DNA from: an uncultured delta proteobacterium
GTDB taxonomy: Bacteria > Desulfobacterota > Desulfobacteria > Desulfobacterales > JAHEIW01
Assembly (NCBI GenBank): GCA_963706575.1
Contig: CAVPNL010000015.1
Coordinates: forward strand, 192,001 to 256,000
DNA: 64,000 nt
Reading direction: 5' to 3'
This document shows positions 18,938 through 28,901 of this stretch, piece after piece; the first letter of the stretch is position 1, and each line of letters begins with the position of its first letter. Position numbers and translations under genes: made by a program. Under the pieces are notes generated by a model. It worked only from the letters and a program-made list of their open reading frames with translations. It made no database searches and was not told where the DNA came from.

Positions 18938-19213
18938 ATGAGATATTTTCAGTTATTGGGCATTCAACATTTTGCCTTGTATCTGTTCCCGGCCCTGGCA
19001 ACGATTGTGTTGTTCATCATCGGTCTGGGATATTACTATATTGGTCGTAAAGACTCGGAGGAGCGCAAAACCCGCATCATCGAGCAGTATCCCGGTGGCA
19101 TCGAAGGTCGCAACGCGCCGTTTCCCTTGTTTGTGGTTCTCATTCTTGTCGGAACCATCGGCTGGTCATTGGCATATATTATCTTAATCGGCGTTTTAGG
19201 AGTGAGAATCTGA
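18938..19213 (+). CDS. Small two-TM membrane protein resembling the CcoQ/CcoP N-terminal region
   Basis: TM - YPGGIEGRNAPFP - TM resembles the DGIxExxNPxP motif of CcoP N-termini; SD AAGGAA. Confidence 0.6.
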   Translation: MRYFQLLGIQHFALYLFPALATIVLFIIGLGYYYIGRKDSEERKTRIIEQYPGGIEGRNAPFPLFVVLILVGTIGWSLAYIILIGVLGVRI

Positions 19214-19497
19214 TGGAACATCCGGTGCACGAGGCATCCGCATTCAAAACCTGGCTCCTTGTATTTTTATGTGTCGCCATCGTGGTATTCCAGGGCTGGC
19301 TGGCATTTACCGTAATCGGTGATCTCGGCCAGCCCGATTGGGACTACCGGCCAATCGCAGACGTTCCCGGAGAATCTGCCTTTGCGGTCTACGATCCCTA
19401 TCATCCGCTGCCTTACGCGCAGCATGTGCTCAAAGAGCAGGGCCAGGAAGAAAATCCAAAGCATTTGTATGTGTTGCCTTTTGAAGGTGTTGAATAA
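19213..19497 (+). CDS. Small single-TM hypothetical protein
   Basis: Translationally coupled (TGATG) within the operon. Confidence 0.7.
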   Translation: MEHPVHEASAFKTWLLVFLCVAIVVFQGWLAFTVIGDLGQPDWDYRPIADVPGESAFAVYDPYHPLPYAQHVLKEQGQEENPKHLYVLPFEGVE

Positions 19498-20016
19498 ATG
19501 AAAAAAATAATCGGACTTCTACTTGTCGCTCTGGTTTTAATTCTGGGTGCCTACCATCTGTTGATATTTTATGACAATAACTTCCGTTACGGTCGCATGC
19601 GTGAAACGCCGGCCGTGCGGCCGTATGAAGAACCACTTCTGATCAAGGAAGCCGGTCTTGTTCCGATCAACGGTGGCGAAGCTATCTACCGCGTATCAAG
19701 CGGAACCGAAATACAGTCACCCATTGATATGGCGCAACCGACCGTCATTAACAGAGGAGAAGCCGTATACCTAACCTATTGCGCCCAGTGCCATGGCCAC
19801 AATCACGATGGCAAGGGCACCGTCGGTCAGAGTTTTGCCCCGCTGCCGACCGATCTGCGCAGCGCCAAAGTCCAGGAGAGCCCTGCGGGGGTGCTTTTCC
19901 GAAATGTCAGCTACGGCGTCCCCGATGGCCGGCAGCCTCCTTTGCACGCAACCATCGCAGTTAAAGACCGCTGGAAGGTTGTGGCCTACGTCAAGTCCCT
20001 TGGCACCCGTGAATAA
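19498..20016 (+). CDS. Membrane-anchored monoheme cytochrome c, ActE-like
   Basis: TM anchor, MRETPAVRPYE, RGEAVY..YCAQCHG..DGKG.V, DRWKVVAYV. Confidence 0.75.
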   Translation: MKKIIGLLLVALVLILGAYHLLIFYDNNFRYGRMRETPAVRPYEEPLLIKEAGLVPINGGEAIYRVSSGTEIQSPIDMAQPTVINRGEAVYLTYCAQCHGHNHDGKGTVGQSFAPLPTDLRSAKVQESPAGVLFRNVSYGVPDGRQPPLHATIAVKDRWKVVAYVKSLGTRE

Positions 20017-20069
20017 ATCTCCGCAAACCCAAATTCCATTTTTTTTATACCTTATTCATAATAACCTTT

Positions 20070-20251
20070 GGTTTCAGGTGTCGGGTGTCAGGTGTCAGTT
20101 TTAGAAGACAGAGGTCAGGCAACTGAGGACAGATGGTGAAACTGAAGGACGAAGCACTTTATTTGTTCTCGATTCGGCTGAGCTCGCAGCAGGCGGTTTT
20201 CTGTTTTCCGTCATCTGTTTGCTGACCCCTGAAACCTGACACCTGACACCT
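20070..20251. repeat. Nested inverted arrays of 7-bp repeats (CAGGTGT outer, ACAGAGG inner)
   Basis: tcaggtg tcgggtg tcaggtg tcag ... ctgaccc ctgaaac ctgacac ctgacac, with an inner gacagag / ctgtttt array. Confidence 0.8.
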
Positions 20252-20290
20252 TGATTAAAGGAATTTATTATTTAGAATTTACCTGGATTC

Positions 20291-22897
20291 ATGAATAAAC
20301 ACCCTAACCCAGAAACAACCTCCCAAACATGCAACCTGTGTGGTCTGCCGTTGCGTTATGGAACCGTTAATTCGGTATTTTCAGGAGACACATATGCTTT
20401 TTGCTGTAACGGCTGCCGGCAGGTGTTTACGATTTTAATGGAGTCCACGGATTCGCCGAATCCTGAAGCTTTTCGTGAAACCGACCTGTTCAGACAATGC
20501 CGGGCCAGGGGCATCATTCCCGGCTCCGAAGAAGAACTGACCGGGGGGGACAATACCCATGCGCAAGCCGCACTGCTGCCTTCAGCGGTAGACCGGGACA
20601 ACGTTCTGACGCTCAGGCTGCGGGTCAGCAACATGTGGTGCCCGGCCTGCGCCTGGATCATCGACGAATCCTTGAAAAAAACCCCGGGCGTTGTCGATTC
20701 AGCCTGTAATTTTTCCACGGATCGGCTTCAGGTGGTTTACGATCCTGTCAAAGTCACCTCCCATCAGATCATCAAATCGATCGGCAAACTCGGTTACCGG
20801 ACGGCAGCGCCCGGTGAATCCGAAAAAACAACCGAACGCCGCAGGGAATTTGTTCGATTTGTCGTTTCTGCTTTTTTGACCATGAACGTCATGATGTTAT
20901 CCTTTGCCCTGTATACGGGGTTTTTTACGGATCTTTCTCCTGAAAATGCGGCTAAAATTTCCTGGCCCATGTTCGTCATGGCGACCGCCGTTTTAATCTA
21001 TGGCGGATATGATTTTTATAAAAAAGCCTGGGCCGGATTACGCAATGCCGCTTTCAGCATGGAAACCCTGATCATCATCGGTGCTTTGAGTGCTTACCTT
21101 TTCAGCACCTATAATCTTTTTGCAAGAAGCATTCATCTATATTACGACACCGCTTCGATGCTCATCACGCTGGTGCTCTTAGGCAAAACCCTGGAGCGCC
21201 GCGCCAAAGGAAAAGTTTTAGAAGATTTGGAAAATTTCTTTGCGTTGATGCCCACCAAGGTCAGAATATGCAGCGGCGATTTCCCCGAGGGCCGCTATGT
21301 GGCCATTGAACAGCTGATTGCCGGCGACATCTTTCGGGTAAGCGAAACGGAAATTATCCCGGCAGATGGCCGGATCCTTTCCGGCAACGGCAGCGTGGAA
21401 GAATCGTCACTGACCGGTGAGCCCTTACCGGTTACCAAAAAACCGGGTGACTTTATCAGAAGCGGTGCCCGGGTTCAGCAGGGCCGTTTTAAAATCAAGG
21501 CCGAAAAGGTCGGCACCGATTCTACGCTGGGGCAGATGATGCAGATCATCGAAAAAACACTGCTGACCAAAATGCCCATCGAGGGTAAAACCGATGTTAT
21601 ATTGCAGTGGTTCGTTCCCGTCATTCTGGTGCTGGCGGCAACCACCGGCATGGTGTGCGGGTTCATGGGATTATCGATAGAAACATCGATCCTGCGAGCC
21701 GTAACCGTGATGGTCATCTCCTGCCCCTGCGCCCTGGGAATTGCCATCCCTCTGGCCCGGGTGGCCGGTATCTCCATTGCCGGGAAAAAGGGTATCCTGG
21801 TGCGCAATTTCACTGCATTTGAACTGGCCCGCCGCATTACCGCATTTGTCTTTGACAAAACCGGAACCATCACACACGGCAACTGGACCCTGCAAAAAAT
21901 TGTGGCGTTCGCGCCTTATGATGAAAACCAGGGGCTTAAATGGGCGGCGGGGCTGGAGCAAAATTCAGATCATTTTATCGGAAGGGAAATTCTGCGGCAG
22001 GCACAAAAACGAAATATTGAACCCGCAACCATAGACGATATTCAGACGGAAGAAAATGGTGTAATCGGCCGCTTCGCGGGTGACATCCTGAAGATCGGAT
22101 CGGCGGACTTTCTGAAGGACACGACGGTAAAATTCAATCAACTTCCAGAGTCAACGACCACCCGCACAGCGGGTGGCTTGGATTTTTCCGCCATAGGCGG
22201 GAAAATACAGGGGCGCGAAGTGCCCCAATCGTGGCGGGTGGAACCGGGTGCGAAGCACCCGGTTTGGAAAACCCAATCCGATGGCAACCAACAGGGATCC
22301 GCATATTCGTATGTATATATGAGCATCGCGGATCGGCCCGCCGCCGTATTTGTTTTCGGAGACAGGATTCGAAACGGTGCCAGGGCAACCGTTGAAAAAT
22401 TGCATCAGCAGGGATTTAGGCTGGCATTGGTTTCCGGAGACGGAATTGAAACCACCCGGGCCATCGCAAAGGATCTCGGCATCCATGATGTTCACGGCGG
22501 TCAGATGCCGCAGGATAAGGTCGCAATTGTCAAAACCCTGCAAGGCCAGAACCATCCGGTGGCCATGGTGGGCGACGGTATCAATGACGCCCCCGCCCTC
22601 GTTCAGGCCGATCTCTCCCTGGCCGTACATTCCGGAGCGAATCTGGGGGAAGAAGTGGCGGATGTGACCCTGATGCGCGCAGAACCTGAACAACTCATTG
22701 ATTTTTTTAGATTTGCCGGCGCTGTTAATAAAAAAATAAGCCAAAATCTAATCTTCACATTTGCCTACAATGTGATCAGCATCCCCATGGCCATGAGTGG
22801 CCTGCTGACCCCGCTGGTGGCTGTGTCGGCCATGCTCTTGAGCAGCATCAGCGTCATTGGAAATACCCTGATGCTGGTACGGTCAGAGGACAGATGA
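20291..22897 (+). CDS. ccoI: P1B-type Cu ATPase, CcoI/FixI-like
   Basis: N-terminal CxxC..FCCxGC, HMA domain MWCPAC, LTGE, CPC, DKTGT, GDGIND, YN, M..SS. Confidence 0.9.
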   Translation: MNKHPNPETTSQTCNLCGLPLRYGTVNSVFSGDTYAFCCNGCRQVFTILMESTDSPNPEAFRETDLFRQCRARGIIPGSEEELTGGDNTHAQAALLPSAVDRDNVLTLRLRVSNMWCPACAWIIDESLKKTPGVVDSACNFSTDRLQVVYDPVKVTSHQIIKSIGKLGYRTAAPGESEKTTERRREFVRFVVSAFLTMNVMMLSFALYTGFFTDLSPENAAKISWPMFVMATAVLIYGGYDFYKKAWAGLRNAAFSMETLIIIGALSAYLFSTYNLFARSIHLYYDTASMLITLVLLGKTLERRAKGKVLEDLENFFALMPTKVRICSGDFPEGRYVAIEQLIAGDIFRVSETEIIPADGRILSGNGSVEESSLTGEPLPVTKKPGDFIRSGARVQQGRFKIKAEKVGTDSTLGQMMQIIEKTLLTKMPIEGKTDVILQWFVPVILVLAATTGMVCGFMGLSIETSILRAVTVMVISCPCALGIAIPLARVAGISIAGKKGILVRNFTAFELARRITAFVFDKTGTITHGNWTLQKIVAFAPYDENQGLKWAAGLEQNSDHFIGREILRQAQKRNIEPATIDDIQTEENGVIGRFAGDILKIGSADFLKDTTVKFNQLPESTTTRTAGGLDFSAIGGKIQGREVPQSWRVEPGAKHPVWKTQSDGNQQGSAYSYVYMSIADRPAAVFVFGDRIRNGARATVEKLHQQGFRLALVSGDGIETTRAIAKDLGIHDVHGGQMPQDKVAIVKTLQGQNHPVAMVGDGINDAPALVQADLSLAVHSGANLGEEVADVTLMRAEPEQLIDFFRFAGAVNKKISQNLIFTFAYNVISIPMAMSGLLTPLVAVSAMLLSSISVIGNTLMLVRSEDR
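22150..22266. mobile_element. Multi-hairpin element inserted in-frame within ccoI (ends approximate)
   Basis: Four consecutive hairpins; starts GTCAACGACCACCCGCACAGCGGGTGGCTTG; adds about 40 residues between GSADFL and SYVYM. Confidence 0.6.
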
Positions 22898-22944
22898 AAA
22901 CAGCAGCCTGCTCTTTGTTTTCTGTCTTCTGTATTCTGTTTTCT
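22883..22944. repeat. Inverted array of 7-bp repeats (CAGAGGA / TCTGTNT) overlapping the ccoI stop
   Basis: tcagagg acagatg aaaacag ... tctgtct tctgtat tctgttt tct. Confidence 0.6.
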
Positions 22945-23136
22945 AAAAAATGAGCACTTTTATGCTAAAAATTGCCATATCACTTGCCTCTCCTACCGCA
23001 TCATCTGCAGAATCGGGTTTCAGGCCTTGAAACAGCAAAACTTTTCGCTATTAAAAAATAATATATTCCAACTACTTACACCGTTTATCGGAAGCACTCA
23101 AAATTAATGCTCTAAAGCGCATTTTTATGAAACCAA

Positions 23137-23152
23137 TGGTACTGTTTTTGCA
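23137..23152 (+). promoter_or_regulatory. sigma54 promoter of the prkA cluster
   Basis: TGGTACTGTTTTTGCA = GG-N10-GC with TTGCA. Confidence 0.65.
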
Positions 23153-23422
23153 TCTATACATATAGATGTGTTGTAAGGCTCGGCGTTGATATTTCGACAA
23201 TACAGGGGTTAAGGTATTGCCGGGCAAAACATATTGTGCTCGAAAAATGCAGATAATCGTAGAATTTCGACGTTTGGCCTTAATTTTTAAGATTAATTAA
23301 AGTAAACAACGATAAGTTTTTCATTTGAAAATCAGCTCGATAGAAAAATAACGCTGCCATAAATTAGGCGCCTAACGTCAAAAAATCGTTAAATTTTTAC
23401 CACAATTGCAAGGGGAGGAAAA

Positions 23423-25480
23423 ATGCCTAAAAAATCAATCACCCTTCACCAGCACCTGACGGCTGTCAAAGACGGCAAGCTGCGGTTTGAAAACGCCTTC
23501 CAGGGGGTCTCTCGCATGGTCCTGGAAAGCGAAATTGAAAAAGTGGTGGTGAACGGCAAGACAACCTACGATTTTAAGATCTTCCGCAACGGTTCCAAAC
23601 ACATCATCGGCATGTATGAGGAGATCAACAGCCTTGTTTCCTATGTGAAAGATGCGGCCGAAGGCGGTTCTTCCCAGGAAATGGCCTTTGTCCTTGTCGG
23701 TGAACCGGGAAACGGCAAAACCTTCCTCATTGAATTTCTGGCCAGCAGATATCGCAACTTCCTGTCTATAGAAAACAATCGCAAGTATACGTTTAAGTTC
23801 CTGAATCTGGACAGGGTCGGCAACTACGGCAAGATTACTGCAATTGAGTCCCAGACCTACGAAGATCCCATGCTCCTGGCCATGAATCTGTTTGATGATT
23901 CGGATAAAAATAAGGAATATCTGGCGAAACAGATCGGCTTTTCCGATAAGGATATTGAAAAACTCTATGAAAATTACCGTCCTTTAGGCGCTTGCAGCGG
24001 CTATATCTGGAATGATATCCTGACGCACTGTGACGGAAATATCGATGAAACACTTAAATTTGTCGAGATCACACCGGTACCGTTGACCGAAAGCCTGGGC
24101 ACGCTGACCGGAAAATATCCGGCCAAAGACAAAATCACCTCCTCGGCCGTGGACCTGCTGGGCGAAGAGTCCATCCAGCGCTTGCTGCATATCACTGATA
24201 CCAACAACCCCTACCGTTTTGATTTACGGCGCGGCGCCCTGGCGCGGGTCGCCGGCGGTGGAATCCATTTCAGTGACGAAATCTTCAAAAACAAAAAAGA
24301 TCTGGTTCAGGTTTACCTGGGAGTGATTCAGAACCGCAGTATCGAGATCGACGGTTTCAAATGGCCCATTGACACCTTAATTGTTGCCACCAGCAACAAC
24401 TCCGAGTTCCACCGCTTTTTGTCGGAAAAAGAAGAGGCGCCCATCGTCGATCGCTGCAGGATCTGCTATGTGTCCCACAACACCAACTACAAGCTCCAGA
24501 AAGAGCTGACCAATTATGCCATCGGCAGTGAAACCCGCACCACCCTCACCCACGAAGATCTGCACCAGGATCCGAATATGAATTATGCTTCCTCGGTGGC
24601 CGCTGTTTTAAGCCGACTGCCGCGATCTGAAAAACTGACACCGGTGGAAACCATGAAACTGGCGGCCGGAGAGGTCGCCGGCGAAAAAAGCATTAAAACA
24701 TTGGCGGAGGTCATCGACACCCTTAACCAGGATCCGGACATCATCAATCGCTTTGGCCAGAAAGGTCTTGGGCAACGGAATCTGGGCCGGGCCATCCAGT
24801 TGTTGATTGAAAGTTCTGAAACCAATGAAGGCCGGTGCATGTTCGCTTATGATATCTTTAAGGCGTTGGAGCGCATTGTTCTGGATTATGTTACCGAAGC
24901 CAACGATCGGGCCAAATATCTTGAAGATCTCAAAACCGGCAAAGGCTTGTATCGCGAACGGATTATGACCGAAATGTTCAACGCCTATATGGATGAGCCC
25001 TACGCCATTCGCAAGGACGTCATGAACTATGTGAACATGATCATCGGAATTGATGCCGAAAACTTAGGCGCCGATAAGATGTGGAAATACAAAGACCCGC
25101 AAAACAGCGAGCTGAAGGCCTTGAAAATCGATGAACGCTATATCAACAGTGTGGAAGAACGGCTGGGGCTTAAAACCGAAGAACAGCGTGAGTCCTTTCG
25201 AACTTCGATCCGCAAAATATACGGCCAGAAGATTTCAGTTGATCCGGATTACGATTTTATGGACAACCTGGAACTGGTCAAAGCCGTGACCGATGTTCGC
25301 CTCAAATCCGATATCGCCGGTGCCGGCAGCCTGATCGGCGCGCTGGCCAACCGCACCAATGAGGAAAATCAGAAGCTGTATGATCGCATGATCGAAACCA
25401 TGCTCAAAAAACTGGGCTACTGCCGCACCTGCGCCCAGAAGACAATCGAGTACTTCTGTACCCAGGAAGACGAGAAGTAA
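23423..25480 (+). CDS. prkA: PrkA/YeaG-family AAA+ protein (serine protein kinase family), copy 1
   Basis: Walker A GEPGNGKT, Walker B-like IHFSDE, IVATSN..E, IVDR; C-terminal GYCxxCA; SD GGAGG. Confidence 0.85.
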   Translation: MPKKSITLHQHLTAVKDGKLRFENAFQGVSRMVLESEIEKVVVNGKTTYDFKIFRNGSKHIIGMYEEINSLVSYVKDAAEGGSSQEMAFVLVGEPGNGKTFLIEFLASRYRNFLSIENNRKYTFKFLNLDRVGNYGKITAIESQTYEDPMLLAMNLFDDSDKNKEYLAKQIGFSDKDIEKLYENYRPLGACSGYIWNDILTHCDGNIDETLKFVEITPVPLTESLGTLTGKYPAKDKITSSAVDLLGEESIQRLLHITDTNNPYRFDLRRGALARVAGGGIHFSDEIFKNKKDLVQVYLGVIQNRSIEIDGFKWPIDTLIVATSNNSEFHRFLSEKEEAPIVDRCRICYVSHNTNYKLQKELTNYAIGSETRTTLTHEDLHQDPNMNYASSVAAVLSRLPRSEKLTPVETMKLAAGEVAGEKSIKTLAEVIDTLNQDPDIINRFGQKGLGQRNLGRAIQLLIESSETNEGRCMFAYDIFKALERIVLDYVTEANDRAKYLEDLKTGKGLYRERIMTEMFNAYMDEPYAIRKDVMNYVNMIIGIDAENLGADKMWKYKDPQNSELKALKIDERYINSVEERLGLKTEEQRESFRTSIRKIYGQKISVDPDYDFMDNLELVKAVTDVRLKSDIAGAGSLIGALANRTNEENQKLYDRMIETMLKKLGYCRTCAQKTIEYFCTQEDEK

Positions 25481-25483
25481 AAA

Positions 25484-25555
25484 GCATGGTGCATGGCGCA
25501 TGGCGCATAGCGTTCGAGAGCTTTGACCCCATGCCCCCTGCCCCATGCTCCCTGC
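25484..25555. repeat. Inverted array of 7-bp repeats (GCATGGC family)
   Basis: gcatggt gcatggc gcatggc gcatagc ... cccatgc cccctgc cccatgc tccctgc. Confidence 0.8.
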
Positions 25556-25572
25556 CGTAATGGGGAGCTATT

Positions 25573-26955
25573 ATGGATCCAAAACTTGTAGCGCTTTATG
25601 AACGTTTGAAGGAAAAAGGACTGACGCCCGAGCAGGAGCGCAAGATTCTTGCTGAGATGGAAGCAGCCGGCTCCCATACTTTACCCGATAGCGGCAGGCA
25701 CGGATCCTATAAATCATTCCGTAAGTATCAGAATATTTACAATTATGATGACCTGTCATTTTTGCAGGGCATCACCGCGATGCAAAGTACCCATAACACC
25801 AGCCTGCGATCCATCGATGAGCTGCTCGAAAGGGATGCGCAGCGCGAAGAAGACGGGTTCCCGCGTAAAATAAACGTGGGCCGCTTGATCAAGCCGGGTA
25901 AAGCGGGCAAAGACAAGGTTGTGGTCGTTCCTTCGACCGTTGAAGAAAAATTTATTCATGACCCCACATTGCAAACCGCCGAAGAAGAGTCCTCCGGCGG
26001 ATCCGGCGATGGGGAAGAAGGCGATGTGATCGGTGAGCAGCCGGTCCATGCGCCGGATCAAGACGGGGGCACCGGTCCGGGACAGGGGGAAGGCGCTCAG
26101 CACGAAATGGAATCCAACGCCTATGATCTGGGCCGGATCCTGACCGAAAAATTTCAACTGCCGAACCTCAAGGACAAAGGCAAAAAGCGTTCCCTCACCC
26201 GTTACACGTATGATCTCACCGATCGACACCGCGGCTTCGGCCAGCTATTGGATAAAAAAGCCACCCTGAAAAAAATTGTCGAAACCAACATTCATCTCGG
26301 CAACCTGCATGATATTAACGCCATTGATCCTGCCGAATTTCTAGTTTCACCGGCGGACATGGTCTATCGGGTACTGTCGCGTGAAAAGGATTTTGAGTCT
26401 CAGGCGATGGTCTTTTTTCTGCGGGATTATTCCGGTTCGATGGCCGGCAAATCAACGGAACTGGTCGTCACCCAGCATGTGTTGATATACAGCTGGTTGC
26501 TATATCAATATGCCATGCAGGTGGAAACGCGTTTTATTCTGCATGACACCGAAGCTTCTGAGGTAAAAGACTTTCACACTTACTACAATTCGGCGGTGGC
26601 CGGCGGCACCCAGGTATCTTCCGCATACCGCCTGGTCAATGAAATTGTTGAAAAAGAAAACCTGGCCCGGGACTATAATATTTACATTTTTCACGGCACC
26701 GATGGAGATGATTGGGACACGGATGGAAAAGAATCCTTACCCCTGCTTGAAAAAATGTTGAGCTACGCCAATCGGGTCGGTATTTCCATCGCCGAACACA
26801 CTCAGGACACCACCCACAACACCGAAGTCGAAAAATATTTAAAAAAATCCGGACTGCTGACGGAAAAGCCGGATTTAGTCAGGCTGGACGTCATGAATCA
26901 AAGCGCCAACGAACCGCGGCTGATCGAAGGCATCAAGAAACTTATATCGGAGTAA
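25573..26955 (+). CDS. yeaH: YeaH/YhbH (DUF444) vWA-domain protein
   Basis: Gly/acidic linker GSGDGEEGDVIG, LPNLKDK, MIDAS DYSGSM, GGT..SSAY, FHGTDGDDW. Confidence 0.85.
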   Translation: MDPKLVALYERLKEKGLTPEQERKILAEMEAAGSHTLPDSGRHGSYKSFRKYQNIYNYDDLSFLQGITAMQSTHNTSLRSIDELLERDAQREEDGFPRKINVGRLIKPGKAGKDKVVVVPSTVEEKFIHDPTLQTAEEESSGGSGDGEEGDVIGEQPVHAPDQDGGTGPGQGEGAQHEMESNAYDLGRILTEKFQLPNLKDKGKKRSLTRYTYDLTDRHRGFGQLLDKKATLKKIVETNIHLGNLHDINAIDPAEFLVSPADMVYRVLSREKDFESQAMVFFLRDYSGSMAGKSTELVVTQHVLIYSWLLYQYAMQVETRFILHDTEASEVKDFHTYYNSAVAGGTQVSSAYRLVNEIVEKENLARDYNIYIFHGTDGDDWDTDGKESLPLLEKMLSYANRVGISIAEHTQDTTHNTEVEKYLKKSGLLTEKPDLVRLDVMNQSANEPRLIEGIKKLISE

Positions 26956-27011
26956 GGCAACATGAATTAAAGCGCGCTTTTAACATATCAATCTTCGGCA
27001 TCAAATTAAAC

Positions 27012-27136
27012 AAATTGAAAATGCCTAAAATGAGCTAAAATGCCTAAAATTTAGGAAGACTGCCATTTTATAAAAAAATTGAGCGCAGCGACGCCATAAT
27101 TTTAGGCATTTTAGGCATTTTAAATTTTAGTCATTT
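27012..27136. repeat. Inverted array of 9-10 bp repeats (AAAATGCCT / AGGCATTTT)
   Basis: aaaatgcct aaaatgagct aaaatgcct ... ttttaggca ttttaggca tttt. Confidence 0.8.
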
Positions 27137-27200
27137 GTCTGGCGAACCTAGGTCTTAATCTAAAACACTTACAAGTATGGGTCACGGTTAGGTTGCCCGA

Positions 27201-28886
27201 ATGGAATTAATAAACCAGCATACCAAAAAGATAATGGAAGGGTGCAAAGAGCGGGCCCGGGAAGCCGGGCTGCAATTTCAGGATGAAACCCTGGAGTATA
27301 TCGTCACCAACCGCGATTTGCTCGAACTGACACCCAAACTGATGATCCCGACCCTTTATGATTACTGGGTTCACGATGTAGAAGTCCTCAAAGAAAAGGG
27401 CCGCTACGAGCTTTATCCCAGCAATCCTTATGAGACGGTGATCAATACGCGGCCGGCGATCTCATACTACAATGACAATAATCCGGACTGGATGAATGTC
27501 ATGATTTTTTACCACGTGCTGGCCCATATCGATTTTTTCCAGAACAATTTGTATTTTCGGCACACCTGGGATTATGATTTCACCGGCCGCGCGCTTTCGG
27601 ATAAACGCATGATCGCTAAATTCAGATCCGAAAAGGGCCGCTGGCTGGATTATGTCATTGAGTTTGCCCGCGGCATCGATAATCTGGTGGGATACCACAA
27701 TGAGCTTTCAGCCTTAAACCGGCCGCCGGTAACGACCAAATCGAAGATGCTGGATTTTTATTTTGATGAATTTTTGCAAACCCTTAAAAAAGCAAAAATA
27801 ACTGAATATATAAAAGAAATCGAAAGATACAATGATTGCATCAAAACCAGCAAAGCCCACGGTGAAAAAACCTTTTTTGCGGAAGTGCTCCGAAAATATC
27901 CGGAGTTTGATGCCATTTACAAAAAAAGCCTCACGCAAAATTCCAATCAACAGCTGGATTTGATGCAGCATATCCTGGAACATTCCGATTTTTTAAATAA
28001 AGAAGAAAACCGCTGGATGAAACCGGTTATTGAGGTGATTCGCAAAACCTCTTTGTTTTTCCAGCCCCAGATTCGAACAAAAATCATGAATGAGGGCTGG
28101 GCCAGCTACTGGCACGAAAAGCTGTTTCTGCAGGATGACCGCATCGAAGGGCACGAGGTGGATTTTGCCCGCACTCACGCCTTTGTCACCTCATTGCCCA
28201 GGGTGGGGATGAATCCCTATGCGCTGGGAATGCGGATTTTTCATTACATCGAAGAGCTGGCGGATAAAGGCAAGTATTCAATTGAGTTTAAACGGTTGCT
28301 GGATGCCAGGGAAAGAGAAAAGTTTGATGCCAACACCGGAAGCGGCAAAGCCTTTGCTTATAAAGTTCGCGAAAATTTAAACGATTTTATGTTTATCAAC
28401 ACATTTGTGGATCAGGATTTTATCAACCGTACCAAGCTGTTTGTGGCCGCAAAGCGGCTCAACCAGAACAGGGGTGTCTGGGAGTATTATGTCAAAAGCC
28501 GCAAAGCAAGAGATTATCGCCAGATGCTTTTTGACAGTCTTTATCATCCACCCCACATCAGCATTAATCCTGAAAAAACCAAAAACGGCGACCTTTATTT
28601 ATTCCACCACTTCGAGGGCAAACCGCTGGTTAAAGAATTTATTGCCAATACGATGATGGGAATTGAGTATCTGTGGGGAGCGCCGGTTAAGCTGGAGACC
28701 AGCGAAGTCGAAAAAGTCGAATCCCGCCAAATACGCATTCCGATTCCCGGCCTGGCAATGCCATCGGAGGATGATGCCAAACAAACGGAAATAAAATGGC
28801 AGCGGGCATTATACACCATGAAAGACCGCAAGCTTTCCAGAGTGGCCTTAACGAATTCAGATGTTCATCAACCTGCAGCAAGCTAA
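27201..28886 (+). CDS. spoVR: SpoVR/YcgB family protein
   Basis: YETVIN..P, HVLAHIDFFQNN, FQPQIRTKIMNEGWASYWH, NPYALG, YLWG.PV.LET. Confidence 0.92.
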   Translation: MELINQHTKKIMEGCKERAREAGLQFQDETLEYIVTNRDLLELTPKLMIPTLYDYWVHDVEVLKEKGRYELYPSNPYETVINTRPAISYYNDNNPDWMNVMIFYHVLAHIDFFQNNLYFRHTWDYDFTGRALSDKRMIAKFRSEKGRWLDYVIEFARGIDNLVGYHNELSALNRPPVTTKSKMLDFYFDEFLQTLKKAKITEYIKEIERYNDCIKTSKAHGEKTFFAEVLRKYPEFDAIYKKSLTQNSNQQLDLMQHILEHSDFLNKEENRWMKPVIEVIRKTSLFFQPQIRTKIMNEGWASYWHEKLFLQDDRIEGHEVDFARTHAFVTSLPRVGMNPYALGMRIFHYIEELADKGKYSIEFKRLLDAREREKFDANTGSGKAFAYKVRENLNDFMFINTFVDQDFINRTKLFVAAKRLNQNRGVWEYYVKSRKARDYRQMLFDSLYHPPHISINPEKTKNGDLYLFHHFEGKPLVKEFIANTMMGIEYLWGAPVKLETSEVEKVESRQIRIPIPGLAMPSEDDAKQTEIKWQRALYTMKDRKLSRVALTNSDVHQPAAS

Positions 28887-28901
28887 AACCGGAGACACCT
28901 C

